Below are positions 38,620-53,215 of a stretch of 64,000 bases of DNA, piece after piece. A program made the position numbers and the translations under genes. This stretch comes from Octopus vulgaris (lineage: Eukaryota): NCBI GenBank assembly GCA_951406725.2, contig OX597828.1, positions 11,780,001 to 11,844,000 of the forward strand, in the 5' to 3' direction. Below the pieces are notes generated by a model that searched no databases, had not been told where the DNA came from, and was given only the letters and a program-made list of their open reading frames with translations. Every line of letters begins with the position of its first letter. Position 1 is the stretch's first letter.

Positions 38620-38874
38620 GTCCACAGTATTATGACAGTCTGCTGAGAAACAAGCAGTCACATTCTTTCTATACTCAAGAAATGCAGCAGTTACTCTATG
38701 AAGGGGTCGCTAATTTCCATACTGAAAGAGTTTAACACGCTGTAAATGCCAGCGGCCTGTCAACGGGAATCTTAGTCCACACAGTATCAAGGCATGATAT
38801 AATAAATTTGTAACATATGGCATAATAATAAACAAAGCAAATTTAAGCCATTCCTCCTCAGACTGAAGGAATGC

Positions 38875-38951
<77 letters not shown>

Positions 38952-38964
38952 AGTATGTATATAT

Positions 38965-39030
38965 ATGTATATATAAAGTGAAAAGAGGAAGAAGAGAGAA
39001 TGAGAAAAACTAATATATGTACACACAAAA

Positions 39031-39091
<61 letters not shown>

Positions 39092-39155
39092 TTTGTGTGT
39101 ACATATATTTAAGTTTTCTCATTCTCTCTTCTTCCTCTTTTCACTTTATATATAT
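38965..39155. repeat. Short palindrome folded around a (TA)n core
   Basis: AAAGTGAAAAGAGGAAGAAGAGAGAATGAGAAAA and its exact reverse complement flank the (TA)n. Confidence 0.85.
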
Positions 39156-39202
39156 ATATGTATATATACATATGCATATATATGTGTGTGCATGTATGTA
39201 TG

Positions 39203-39262
<60 letters not shown>

Positions 39263-39550
39263 CGCACTGGCGTGGTTGTGTCATACTGCGTGTTAACTTG
39301 GCTGTCTTCTACAGTAATTTCGCACCGACGAATATCTTGTGAGTGGATCTTGTAGAATTTCGTCGATTACATACTTTTATATATATGTGTGTGTATGTGT
39401 ATGTGTGAGAGTAATTACAACCAAAGAGAACGGAGTAAATCATTTTATTGCGTTACTTTACCATTGTGTTATCGCAATTCTATCTCATAAGTATTGCTAG
39501 ATCCCGGGCTCACCACCCCAACGAACTTGCATATATATATATATATATAT

Positions 39551-39700
39551 AGTTGAAATTTATAGAAAAACAAAACGAAGACAGGTGTTTCAACAACAAG
39601 CAAGTGTATTACTTTGACGCTCGGGAAAAATGTTTCGAGTCTAAACTCTACAACAGAAAGGAATAGGAGAAAATAAACTGAGAGAGAGAGTGAAAAATCT
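39551..39700 (-). mobile_element. (TA)n-linked short element with decayed hammerhead (homologous to 49330-49502)
   Basis: CTTT-CTGTTGTA-GAGT-TTAG-ACTC-GAAA-CA. Confidence 0.6.
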
Positions 39701-39894
39701 TGTAGATTTCAGCTGTCCAGCATGGCGAATGGTGGACCGGTATGTATGTATGTATGTATGTATGTATGTATGTATGTATGTATGTATGTATGTATGTATG
39801 TATGTATGTATGTATGTATGTATGTATGTATGTATGTATGTATGTATGTGTGTGTGTATGTATGTATGTATGTATGTATGTATGTATGTATGTA

Positions 39895-39927
<33 letters not shown>

Positions 39928-40097
39928 ATGTATGTATGTATGTATGTATGTATATGTGTGTGTGTACAGATCTGTGTATGTTTACATAAGTGTGTATGTG
40001 TGCATACAGTGCGAGAAATCAATATAATACAATTTTAATATTTTTTTTAGAAATAGATAATCATGTTTCAATAGTAACAAAATTGTAACTGTGATAC

Positions 40098-40442
40098 CTT
40101 CAAAGAAAGTTCTATTGCTCGCTGTTTCAATTCTTCTTTTTCCTCTTCCGTAGTTGCTGCTATTCTCTTGTCTAAAAGTTGCTTAATCGTTAGGTAGGCC
40201 CACAGTTTTTCGGGAATACCCTTGATGTCTTCGTCTTTTAGCAGACCAATTCCTTCGCCTACCGCCGATGGATCGTACAGTTCTGTTTCATCGGTATGAT
40301 CGATTGCTCCTGCATTTGTACTTCCAACAAGATTCCACCTGAGTGTTGATATTGAGTCATCATTTAGACGACCAGCAATTACAGATTCTGTTCCCTTGAA
40401 GTAACGACGGAACTGGCTGGTGGTCAGTGAGTCGTTCTCAAC
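40098..40442 (-). CDS. ITIH: ITIH-like exon (VENDSLTTSQFRRYFKGTESVIAGRL...EKLWAYLTIKQLL...AIELSLK)
   Basis: cttcag acceptor, gtatca donor, phase 0-0; F..YF.G.E.V.AG and E.LWAYLTI.QLL motifs. Confidence 0.96.
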
Positions 40443-40449
40443 CTGAAGT

Positions 40450-40736
<287 letters not shown>

Positions 40737-41109
40737 CATAAGAAGATCTTGTTCAACATTTTCTTTTTGTGTTAGGCACACGAGATGTCGAAATATCGTT
40801 CACTTGATAACAATGGCAATCTTCTTTTTTTTTTGTTAATAATAATAATATTATTATTATTATCTCTCTCTATATAAACAGCAGTTTGTCTGTGCGTGTT
40901 TCTGTGTGTCTGTTTGGTAGGCTTTCAACCGATTCTGATGAAACTTGACACACACATAGAAAACTAACGCAGCAAAACTTTGAAAAGTTCCCCCAGTTCT
41001 GAAAAATCGTCACATACACATGTCTGGGAAATATCGTTCACTTGATAACAATGGCAATCTTTTTTTTTTTTTTGTTAATAATAATAATATTATCATTATT
41101 ATTTCATAT

Positions 41110-42420
41110 ACGCACCACAGATTTGACTGTTGGAAAAGAGAAGTTCCCAACATAGGCTTACAACAAGTAAACTTAGATGCTAATAATCATCCTAAGCATT
41201 CTAGCTGTCCATTGTAACATTGATATCTGGAGCTGCACTAAACTCGGTTTTATTCTTAATTCCTCTATCCATCAGTTCAAATCTTTAGGGATAGTTCCTA
41301 ATGCACCTATAACTACAGGGATGCATTTTATCCGCACTTTCCATAGTCTCTGTAATTCAATGGTTAGGCCTTAGTACGTTGCTATTTTCTCTATCCATCT
41401 CATATTGACTTTCTCATCATTTCGGAATGTAAAGTCAGTAATCAGTGGATTACTCTCTTCAAGATGTCATTTTTTTCTTGTATTCTTTGTATGCCAGCTT
41501 GCTACATTCACTTGCTATATGAATAACACTTTCCACTTTGATTTTCATAATCTACATTCAGAATCTGACTGCTCTTGTCTATCTTGCGTTTTATCCAATT
41601 AGTCCTCAATGCTTCATATTGTGCTGATACTAGGAAACTTACTGTCTCCCATTTCAACCTTCCTTTCTGCAAACATACCCTCGTCTTACTATCACTGTTT
41701 CCTGCAACTAACTTTGGTAATCTACTATGAACATCCTTTTCTGCCAGTTAGGTAATCTTACTTCTTTTTCTTGTTCTCAACTTCAATTGCCTTTTTGTTT
41801 CCCTATGTCCTGCTGTGACTCTAGCAGTTCTCAATAAACTTTCTCCATTTTTACCTACATAGGAAGCTATACCTACTCTAGCAAATTCCACGCAGTCTTC
41901 TACTGATATCAACTCGCTTCTAGTTTCCTTTATAGGTAAGTATAATCCGGCTATTTCCGCTCTTGAGTGGAGTCCTCCATTCATATTGAACTTCTTCCTA
42001 GTTTTTTCTCTGTAGCTCTACTAATTCAGATTTTTCTAGCTACAAAATCTGCTGAATATAAAAGTAACGATACTACCCGAGTATTTACAGTTTTCACTAG
42101 ATTCGAACTATTGAGGTTTGACTCCATTAGCTTCCTCAACCTTCTGATGTACTTCTTTCCAATTTTCGTTTTAATTTCTATAGTGACATTCTAATACGCC
42201 TAGATCATTATAACTCTTTCTTTCAGTGATTTTATTGTCTTGCTTTCTGGTAATTGGATGCTTTCATCGCTAGTACTTGTCCTTTTTATCGTGACTAATA
42301 TTCCACACTTATCTATGCCAAATTCCATGCCTCTATCTTTTCTGAAGAATCTTACTCTTTATATTTAGGAATCTTTTTTATACTTACTAAAAAACTTCAG
42401 ATCATCCATGTAGAACAAAT
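41110..42420 (-). mobile_element. Decayed R4/Dong-type LINE fragment (RT to RLE)
   Basis: LFYMDDLK remnant near 42400; MNGGLHSRAEIAGLYLP...LISVED; PVVIGALGT...RML near 41200-41320. Confidence 0.8.
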
Positions 42421-42874
42421 ATATAATATAATATGTATATAATATAATAATAATATCGTTATTATTATAAGCATTAACCATTTCTTAAAGCAGTAGGCTA
42501 GCACCAATGGAGTATAAACACAGTCAGGAGTGTGTCAGAAAAAGGGTGCATTTGGGTGCTAGGCTTCTGAAATTCTAACACATGGTCGGATCAATACGTG
42601 TCACCAAAAATCTAAAGGAAATACATTTATGTTAGGAAATAAACATTTGCTCAATGTTTTTTCTCCTCCTTGCTGGTGCAATGTCAAACAATTCCGACTT
42701 CACAACTGTTACCAGCTTAACTCCCACCGGACAATTGTGAAAATAAGCCTTCTGTGATGTCCATATATATATACATGAGGTTCTTTTTGCTTCTATATTT
42801 GCTACATATAGCCTACTTATGACATCCAGATTACCACAGCAAAAGAACTTATTTATTTTAGACTTAGTTTCGAG

Positions 42875-42918
<44 letters not shown>

Positions 42919-43056
42919 CTATGGAGAGAGAGAGAGGGGGGAAATTATATATCATATGTACATACATATATTATATTCATACCTGCATATATACATGACA
43001 TACGTATGTATATGTATGCGTATATATACACATACATATATATTGTATATATATAC

Positions 43057-43113
<57 letters not shown>

Positions 43114-44259
43114 CATATACACATTTTTTCTACATGTCATATATATTGCAAATATTTATATCATGTATATAATAAATATATTATATATGCTGTAGATAAT
43201 CGTATGTATGTATTCATACATGAACAGATACATACGTACATGTATGTACAAAGTAATATATATATATATATTTACATATTGACGAGATATATTCATTTAA
43301 ATGTAAGTATATCTATCTATCTATCAATATATATATATTATGTTACAAGTATATATATATATATATTCATATAGATATATAGATATGTACGTATGTATAT
43401 CTATATGTTTATGTATATGTATGCATGTATACATCAACACACACACATACACACATGCATGTACGCGTACACACAACTACACACATACGTCTCGTCATAA
43501 CTCTGTTCTCAAAGGGATATTTATAAGAACCGAAATTCTATCATAATATTAATGTGGAATTGTGTATGTAGTTAGCTATGCATACAACATAGCCATAATA
43601 TTAAGATACATAAGAAACTGATTTATGTCGTTACACATCACTAGTATATTTTATTAATATTGTACTCCATGCATATCAGCTGTAATAGAAATACGATCAT
43701 AACTAGATGCTCTATGTATATGCCCAAGTAAAAATTATAGGAATTTTGATGCAAACACTAAAACACTAGCAAATTATTTCTGCATATTTAGGTGAAAATA
43801 AATGGAAATAGGATATACAAGCAAATGAAAACCGAAAGTAATAAAGTTTGTTTTTAATAAATTTGCATAATTCAATAAACAGATATTATCTAAAAAAAAC
43901 TGTGAGCACTAACATATACTCTCGCTCATATTCATCTATCCATTGATTCATATATGTATGTGTTTGTATGTCTGCGTGTGTGTGCGTATAGGTGTACATA
44001 TATGTATGTATAGTCTATATATATATATATATAATATGTATGTATATATATATATATGAATGAATGATTATATATACTTATATACATAGATACATACATA
44101 TATATATACACGCGTATATACATATACATATGTGCTTGTTTATATATACATACATGTTTGTCTAGAAATATATGCATATGCATATAAATATATATACGGG
44201 TACGTATACACACACATAAGCACACGCACATATATACGTATGCATGTGTGTATAGTCTG

Positions 44260-44323
<64 letters not shown>

Positions 44324-44467
44324 ATTCACTATGGTGTGCGGCCTAGAATTTTGCCTCGAAACTGGATTTATATTATACATATATATTATTAGATAGATAG
44401 ATATTCATAGATATCCCAACACACACAGCACAGGCACACACAGATACACACACACACACATACACAC

Positions 44468-44511
<44 letters not shown>

Positions 44512-44552
44512 GTATATATATATATATATATGCGTATATATACACATATATA

Positions 44553-44617
<65 letters not shown>

Positions 44618-45356
44618 ATAATAGCGCAAGCAAAAGAGAAGCTACTAGAAATAGAATCAAATTTCCTTCATCTCATACAAAACATTTTAAAAGGGATAAA
44701 CAGAATATAGTGTGTATATTTCTTTAATGCCCACAGAGGGCTAAACACAGAGGGGACAACATCGACCGCGTAGTCCTACAAAAATGTCTGTCTGAAAAAA
44801 TAGTGACAGCCACGTTTAGAGTGTGCTTAGTTAAAAAGCATGCTTGCCCATGGCTGACCTGGAGCTAAACAACAATATAGCAATGTAGGTATTAAATATT
44901 TATTGATTTTTGTCGTTTGACCTAGCGTTTAATCTGCCCTATTCTGGGCTCATCCGATTTTTTTGATGAGACAGTTGTGAGCTGTCCAAATGTCTTATCA
45001 TTCATTCTGAAACTAGTGATCTATTACCGTTAGTTGATTTGAAAATAATTTGATTATTACTGAGAGTAATCCGCCAATTGGAAGTGAGATTTGAATTCAA
45101 TATGCAAAAACGAGAAGAGAAACTTTAAGTTAACTCCACAAAGACCCTAACAATTCCAGTAATCCAACGCCTTGGACTTGTAATTTATTTTAACAAACTT
45201 GAAAATATGAAAGGCAAAAGTTGCCTCGGGGGAATATGATCTTGAACAAGTACGCCACAGAAGAATAGAAAGGACTACTGTGCTTAATTAGTAGGTAGTT
45301 CTACTAAAACATAAGTTCTAGTGACTGTTAAAAAGCTGTTTAAAAAATGGCCTTAC

Positions 45357-45724
45357 CTTGTCTCCGAAATAGTCGAATTGCAGATTCGTCATCAATGCAG
45401 CCGATATTTCATTATAAAAGTTCTTTAACTGGATTACAGTATCAGAGGCCTCGTAAATTCGTCGAGCAACAGCGAAATTTCGCAGAGAAATCTTCTGGAG
45501 CAGAGTAAAGTCAGCATCCGCTCCAAACGACAAAGAAAATACTGGAATTTCATCATTATTATTTTCACCTACGTTGGTTAATATATTGTTGCTGTTGGTT
45601 TCACCAGCTGAGGCAGCCCCGTCCGTTAAAAATATAATCAATGGTGAACGTCCGTCCCGCTTGGAGAGTTGGAATTTATGAAGTAATTTTAAGCCGTCGA
45701 CAAGAGCCTTGTTTATATTTGTAG
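45357..45724 (-). CDS. ITIH: ITIH-like vWA exon 2 (STNINKAL...IIFLTDG...FSLSFG.DADF.LL.K.SL.N...ARRIYE...QL.NFY.EI)
   Basis: aaacag acceptor, gtaagg donor, phase 1-0; carries the MIDAS T and D. Confidence 0.97.
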
Positions 45725-45759
45725 CTGTTTAATTTGAAAAACAAAATACAATTTAATTT

Positions 45760-45985
45760 AGAAAGGCAGGAGGATGGTATTTAGGCAATGTATTACATAT
45801 CCTAGTGATCCAATAATTACAGGCATAAACCTGAACTTGTAGAATGGATAGAGTTGTTGTAGATTCCTCAAAGGTTCAGCGTAGCTATTTTCTTTTTCGC
45901 AGATCTTTAGCTTTGTGTTAACAGCCGCTAGGCAACTGAATTCCACAAACGGTACACAGTTACTCTTCTCTATTCCAAATCACTA
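45760..45985 (-). mobile_element. RLE-type LINE 3' fragment
   Basis: EKENSYAEPLRNLQQLYP...PVIIGSLGYV. Confidence 0.65.
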
Positions 45986-46019
45986 TGTCTGATATAGTAC
46001 GCTTACATGCAGGAGATTC

Positions 46020-46550
46020 TACAGTAATGCGCCGGTTTCAACATTTGCTCACCAAAAGAACGGAAATAAATTTAAAAGCTAAACTCGCTATCATCAATTC
46101 TGTGTTCGTACCTAACTTTCCTTATGGCCAGAAATCTTCGGGAATAACCGAAAGAGTACGATTTAAGTGATGTGGCTTCTTCGAAAGGTGCTTTGGAATA
46201 ATGTTACTCATTAGAGCGCGTAACTCGGAGATCAGAGAGATGCTCCAGATTGACTCTACTTCTCCGAATTGAGAGATAACAACTCTGATACTATGAACAT
46301 GTGGTAAGAACATATCGGGAAAGAATCGCTAGATAGGTTTTACGTACAAAACCAACCGACAGGGGACCTAGAGACAGACTGCGACCGAGATGATTGGATT
46401 ACTACATCCATGAGCTCGATTGGTCTTGATTTGGAATGCAGCCAGATCAAGTGGAAACTTTTGCTTTTGAGAAGACCTGCTCGAAGACTCTCTTGAGAAT
46501 TCTGCTCCCATTGACCCTCCCATTAAGTAGATGAAGGAGATGAGAGGAGG
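46020..46550 (+). mobile_element. Highly decayed RTE-type LINE fragment
   Basis: AKLAIINSVFVP...YG remnant, followed by a degenerate GR.R..W segment. Confidence 0.55.
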
Positions 46551-46838
46551 AAAATACAATTAACTTAACAATATTTATTTAAAATACGTTTTTGTCTAAC
46601 ATAGACAAAGAGAGTTTAAAAGACTAAATTTTCTTTTTATCACAGGGGATAGAGCATGATTTAACTTAGTTGCAAACTTGCAAATAAATATTCACTGAAA
46701 CACCGAATTGCAATTTAAGAACAAATTATAGATATATACGAGGTGGTATCAAAACGTTTCCAGACTAGTTCTGTAGAGCACCAACAATTGGTAATGCACA
46801 GTTGCGAGCGCAATGAGATATAGATGTAAGCTTCATGA

Positions 46839-47147
46839 GTTGTTGTTGTTTGTTCCTTCTCGAGCTTCGCCTGACTCATAAGGGCCGGTTTCCCGGTTTC
46901 CTTGGCGTATAGATTCCCCACCTGAACGGGACGCCGGTCCGTCGCAGTTCAGCTGCAAGATGCAGGAGGAAAGAGTGTGAGAAAGTTGTGGCGAAAGAGT
47001 CAGCAGAAGTTCGCCATTACTTTCTGCCGGAGCCGCGTGGAGATTGGGTGTTTCGCTCATAAACATATACATCACCCGGTCTGAGATTCGAACCCGTGAT
47101 CCCTCAACCGCGAGTCCGCTGCTCTAACCACTGGGCCATGTGCCTCC
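46839..47147 (-). mobile_element. SINE family C
   Basis: Homologous to 8861-9160. Confidence 0.88.
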
Positions 47148-47383
47148 ATGAGAAAATATGCCGAGTGAAATTTGTGGGGTTTTTTTTGTGATCACGTGTA
47201 TGCTTATGCTGTTGTCTGCATTTTTGTCATGTACAGGGAGCTGGAACAAAAGACCAAGATGGAATTTTGTGTTAAACTTGGGAGGTCTGCGGCAGAGACA
47301 TTGAGCATTCTTCAGCAAGCTTACGGTGATGAAGTAAGAAAATATGGAGAAAATTCATCAGCTTGTGCATGAGGATCGCCTCT

Positions 47384-47800
47384 TTGCTCTTTTACTTGTT
47401 TCAGTCATTTGACTGTGTCTATGCTGGAGCACCGCCTTTGGTCAAGCAAATCAACTCCAGGACTTATTCTTTGTATGCCTAGTACTTATCCTATCGGTAT
47501 CTTTTGCCGAACCGCTAAGTTACGGGGACGTAAACACACCAGCATCGGTTGTCAAGCGATGTTGGGGGAACACACACAGACACACAAACACACACACACA
47601 CACACACATACATACATATATATATATATATATACATATATATACGACGGGCTTCTTTCAGTTTCCGTCTAACAAATCCACTCACAAGGCTTTTGTTGGC
47701 CCGAGGCCATAGTAGAAGACACTTGCCCAAGGTACCACGCAGTGGGAGTGAACCCGAAATCATGTGTTTGGTAAGCAAGCTACTTACTACATAGCCACTT
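47384..47800 (-). mobile_element. SINE family A
   Basis: Homologous to 788-1192. Confidence 0.85.
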
Positions 47801-48600
47801 CTACGTTTGAGGACAATCAACATTTTGAAGCATTTGAGAGAGGACATTCGGTGAAAGCGACCAGAGTATGGAGCGCTAAGAATTGGATTCTTCACGACCA
47901 CAATGCACTCGAGCTCGCCTCACTCTTGAGTTGCTCGCCAAAAACAACATGACACCGCTTCTGCATCCGCTCCAATCGTCAGATTTAGCACCTGCGCACT
48001 TCCATCTCTTCCCCAATATATAAATGCAGCTCAAAGGTTGTCCAGATTGAGGGCAAATCGCAGTAGGTCCTCGACTCGCTTACAGAAAACGACTTCTATG
48101 CCTGATTCCCTGATTCTAAAAGTTCCAGGAAAGCTGGGACAGGTGTATTGCTGCGCAAGGTGACCATTGCGAAGGAGATGATTTTAAAACTTAGGTAAAT
48201 AAGTTATATTTTATTAAACATAATTAGTTTGGGAACCTTTTGATGCCACCTCATAAATGATATGTTTTGCAATAATATAAAAAAAAAACATGAATTATAT
48301 GTAAATATTCTTTCATATGTTCTCTCAGTCACAAGGAAAATAAATCGCATAATAATAGAGCAAAAACAAAAAAAGAAACAAATAAAGCCTGAACGGTTCT
48401 CTCCTCTTAAGGGAAGTTCCTCCCTGCAGTTTCTTAGAAAACTCTCTTTCTCTCCGTCTCTTACTCTGAACCCGACCGTTGATGGTAGCGCCATCAGTCG
48501 CCAGTTAAATTTCACACGCGCGCATCAAATATATTACTTAAGGTTTTCTTGTGCTTTAATCACAACCAAAATACTACTTAATTTTTACGATCAATATATA

Positions 48601-48637
<37 letters not shown>

Positions 48638-48679
48638 CATACATACATACATACATACATACATACATACATACATACA

Positions 48680-48711
<32 letters not shown>

Positions 48712-48715
48712 ATTA

Positions 48716-48888
48716 AATAATGAAGGAAGAAATTGATATTAATCAATTAAAACCAGTGGCTTAGTATATTTTTTTTAAAAAATGATTAAAAATTATATCA
48801 CATACAAAACTTTTAATCTTCGGATTTTTTAAATATGCTAAGCCACTCGTTTTAATTGATTAATATCTATTTCTACCCTAATTATTTA
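48716..48888. repeat. Fold-back element, ~45-55-bp imperfect inverted arms, next to (TACA)n
   Basis: GATATTAATCAATTAAAACCAGTGGCTTAG / CTAAGCCACTCGTTTTAATTGATTAATATC. Confidence 0.75.
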
Positions 48889-49088
48889 AGTTTTAAATAA
48901 CTATGTTCTCTAACCGGTAAATTAGCTGCACAAACGTATTAACTGCAAAGTTATTTCTGGACTCATCGCGCCATAATGAAGACAGTTGTAAAATACCCCC
49001 AAATATAAGTTGCAGAACTTTATACATACTCTCTTTCGGGTGACCGTTCTGTGTCTAGTTCTGGAAACTTTGTTTTATAAGCGACAGA

Positions 49089-49152
49089 CTACGCTGATGA
49101 GCTTGCAGATATTTACATTCATAAATATTAAGCGAAAACCATTGGAACGTAG
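49089..49152 (+). ncRNA. Type-I hammerhead-like motif, canonical core, mutated cleavage site
   Basis: CTACG-CTGATGA-GCTTG...ATATTTA/TAAATAT...TAAGC-GAAA-ACCATTGG-AA-CGTAG. Confidence 0.6.
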
Positions 49153-49367
49153 GTAATCGATTTTTACTTCGTATATTTTTATTTGTTTTGCTCATTTTTA
49201 CATTCTGGCTTTTTGCTGAATTACTTCTTGAGAGCACACTCTTCGTGGTAAAGCGATTCGACGTCTATCTTTAGCATATTAGGAGTCCACTTTGGTTGTC
49301 ATTCCTCTTTATTTTGTATGTTAGTTCCTACACACATTTTTTTCTCTCCTTGTTTTTTTTCTGTGTA

Positions 49368-49405
49368 TCTTTCTGTCGAAGAGCGTAGGCTCGAAACGTA
49401 AAAGA
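49368..49405 (+). ncRNA. Minimal hammerhead-like motif with atypical core, in a (TA)n-linked element (49330-49502)
   Basis: TCTTT-CTGTCGAA-GAGC-GTAG-GCTC-GAAA-CG-T-A-AAAGA. Confidence 0.55.
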
Positions 49406-49500
49406 CTTGTTCTATTTCTATTCCTGAGCGCTGTACTAATACAATTGTTTGTTTGTACTCCACCTGCCTTCGTCTTTTGTTTATTTTCGTAAACCTTCGC

Positions 49501-49601
<101 letters not shown>

Positions 49602-51007
49602 CTAAGATGTGTATTTTGTCTCTCGTTTTACTCCCTCTACAAAATTGCAGCCAATCAGTATCAAACAAATTTTGCACCGTTTCAGCAACTTATATATCAA
49701 ATGAATTTATAACATGCAGATATTTTAACTGGAATGTGTTCTATCTGGTGTCTTTAAACATTAACATCACAAAAACGAAACTGTTCTCTGGCAAAACGAG
49801 TTTTTATAGCTATGGCAATTTTCTTTGTTTTTTTTTTAAAGTCATTCTCAATGTAAGTTTTATGTCCCTTCCTCTCACTAGAATATAAAAGGAATTTATT
49901 TTAACTTTTAACATCCCAAGTAAGTATCTCAGAAAATTCTTAAAAGTTTAAATATTTCAATTCTGTTTATCACACAGCAATTACTTTTTCTTTCTTCTGT
50001 TTTCGTGAACATCACGACCTCTCACCTTTGTTTTTGTTACAAACTTTCTCCTTGTTTCTCACAGGTCACCTTGCGATGATTTGAAATATTTTTAGAAATA
50101 GTGCCGTTAACATAATCAGGCTTTTATTTCTTCTCTCATTCAACATTCTTAAATGGTTAATTATTCATTTATACTGGGCAAATGTGAATTTTCACATGTG
50201 CAAGCATCTGAAAGTTTGTACCTGTGTAGAATTTATTACTTTATCCTTAGATGTAAAAAGTTGGTAACATTCTTCTAAACATAGGTTACATATTTTTAGT
50301 TCCAGTTCTGTATGATTTTGCAGTACAAATTAATTCCCAATTGATAGTATTGTCTTCGTTTCTGTCTTTAATATACCAGATTAATTTACTAATATGCATA
50401 CATACACACCCACACTCACACACACACACGCACACACACACACATATATATATGTATATATATATATATGCATGTATGTATGTATTATGTATTTATATAC
50501 AAATAATAACAAAAAATTGACGCGTATCCATTGTTTGTTATTTATTTATTCATAATACACCTCACTGGATCCCGACCCATCGGATATTCTGGAGCACGAC
50601 TACTATAATGTACACTTCTGAATTAGTCCTTAAGCTACAAAAACACTCATAATGTTTAGATTCCCTATATACATAACATGAACATTACACTGGATGTACT
50701 TCTGTACCCATGATATTTACTCGACTAAAGGTGCTGTTTACAACTTAATTCGACCTAACCTGGTGCCTATCATTTACTTACCTGAATCCTTTTGAATCCT
50801 TAGTATTGTGTGTGTGTGTGCATATGAGTGTGTATATGTATAGATATATATATATATATTATATACATATTAGAGGAAATCCACTATGTGGACACCCTTA
50901 TGCTAGAAATAGATCCGCTATGTTCTTACCACTAAGAAATATTCTCAAGAAAATCGATGTTAATTAAATTAATATCTAATTTCTCACCGTCATTTTAAAT
51001 TTAAATT

Positions 51008-51053
<46 letters not shown>

Positions 51054-51106
51054 TAAACTGGCAAAATGACCATTCCTAAATACAAAAATATATGCATGTG
51101 TATGTT

Positions 51107-51169
<63 letters not shown>

Positions 51170-51257
51170 AATAATAATAATAGGGAGTATAACTCCAAAC
51201 TTACAGAGAAACATTCAATTTAGTATTAAATCAAATTTCACAATATATATATATATA

Positions 51258-51456
51258 TAAATTAGAGAAAAACCACTATTATGTAATTCAAACAATGATA
51301 GACGTAAATCATATCTTATAGAAAAAATAAAATATATGATAAAACATTTTCCTAGATCACAATAAAGTACATAATAATAAATAATAAATAATAAATAATA
51401 ACTAGTTATTTACGTCTATCATTGTTTGATTTACATAATGGTGGTTTTTCTCTAAG

Positions 51457-51460
<4 letters not shown>
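51258..51460. mobile_element. MITE-like fold-back element with ~52-bp arms, inserted in (TA)n
   Basis: TTAGAGAAAAACCACTATTATGTAATTCAAACAATGATAGACGTAAAT and its near-exact reverse complement. Confidence 0.75.
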
Positions 51461-51492
<32 letters not shown>

Positions 51493-51501
51493 ATTACTTA
51501 C

Positions 51502-51787
51502 AGCCCGAAGCGTCTCGATTGTATATCCATTTCAAAGCGTCCGCTTTGTTCTTTTCCTCCCATGGCACCATGTCTTGTTTCCAAAATTTTATGCTACCGT
51601 CAAAGTCCATAATGTTAAAACGGTCTCCTTCGGCCATGTCATTAACAATCTGATCCATGGCACTTTTCACTTGAGTAATCTTGCGTCCATACATCGATCC
51701 ACTTGTGTCTATTATGAAGAGAACGTCTTTGGGAATTGGATCCAAATCAGTTGGCGCGAAGAAATGAACAAAGTAACCATTTACTGC
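51502..51787 (-). CDS. ITIH: ITIH-like vWA exon 1 (AVNGYFVHFFAP..L..IPKDVLFIIDTSGSMYGRKI.Q...DRFNI..F)
   Basis: ttttacag acceptor, gtaagt donor, phase 0-1; NGYFVHFFAP motif and DxSxS MIDAS. Confidence 0.98.
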
Positions 51788-51904
51788 CTGTAAAATGAAG
51801 AAAAAAACGTTTACTTTGATGCTATTGGTATTTAGTAATTCCTGAAAAATATTAACGGTTCACATTGCTTGGCATATAATATTAATCATTTATTAATTGA
51901 GAAT

Positions 51905-52052
51905 AACCCACATTGCACAACCCGAGAATTGGCAGAAAGCCTTAACCTATCAAAATACGTGGTTCATGAGCACCTGGTAAAGCTTGGGTAATGGCAAGTA
52001 TTTATTGACCTTTTTCTTTCCTTTAAAAATTGGCAAGAACTTTCCGGACGAC

Positions 52053-52057
<5 letters not shown>
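51905..52057 (+). mobile_element. Mariner 3' fragment (family of 24895-25459)
   Basis: Ends in TIR GAACTTTCCGGACGACCCAA. Confidence 0.85.
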
Positions 52058-52108
<51 letters not shown>

Positions 52109-52144
52109 CACATACAAATAGATATAAATATATGTACATATATA

Positions 52145-53125
<981 letters not shown>

Positions 53126-53164
53126 CATATATATATATTATATATACATACATACATACATACA

Positions 53165-53215
<51 letters not shown>

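Larger units (their letters stand above)
46737..48255 (+). mobile_element. Decayed mariner with two nested SINEs
   Basis: TIRs TACGAGGTGGTATCAAAACGTTTCC / GGAACCTTTTGATGCCACCTCATA; EQKTKMEFCVKLGRSAAETLSILQQAYGDE, WILH..NA, DLAP..FHLFP. Confidence 0.85.
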
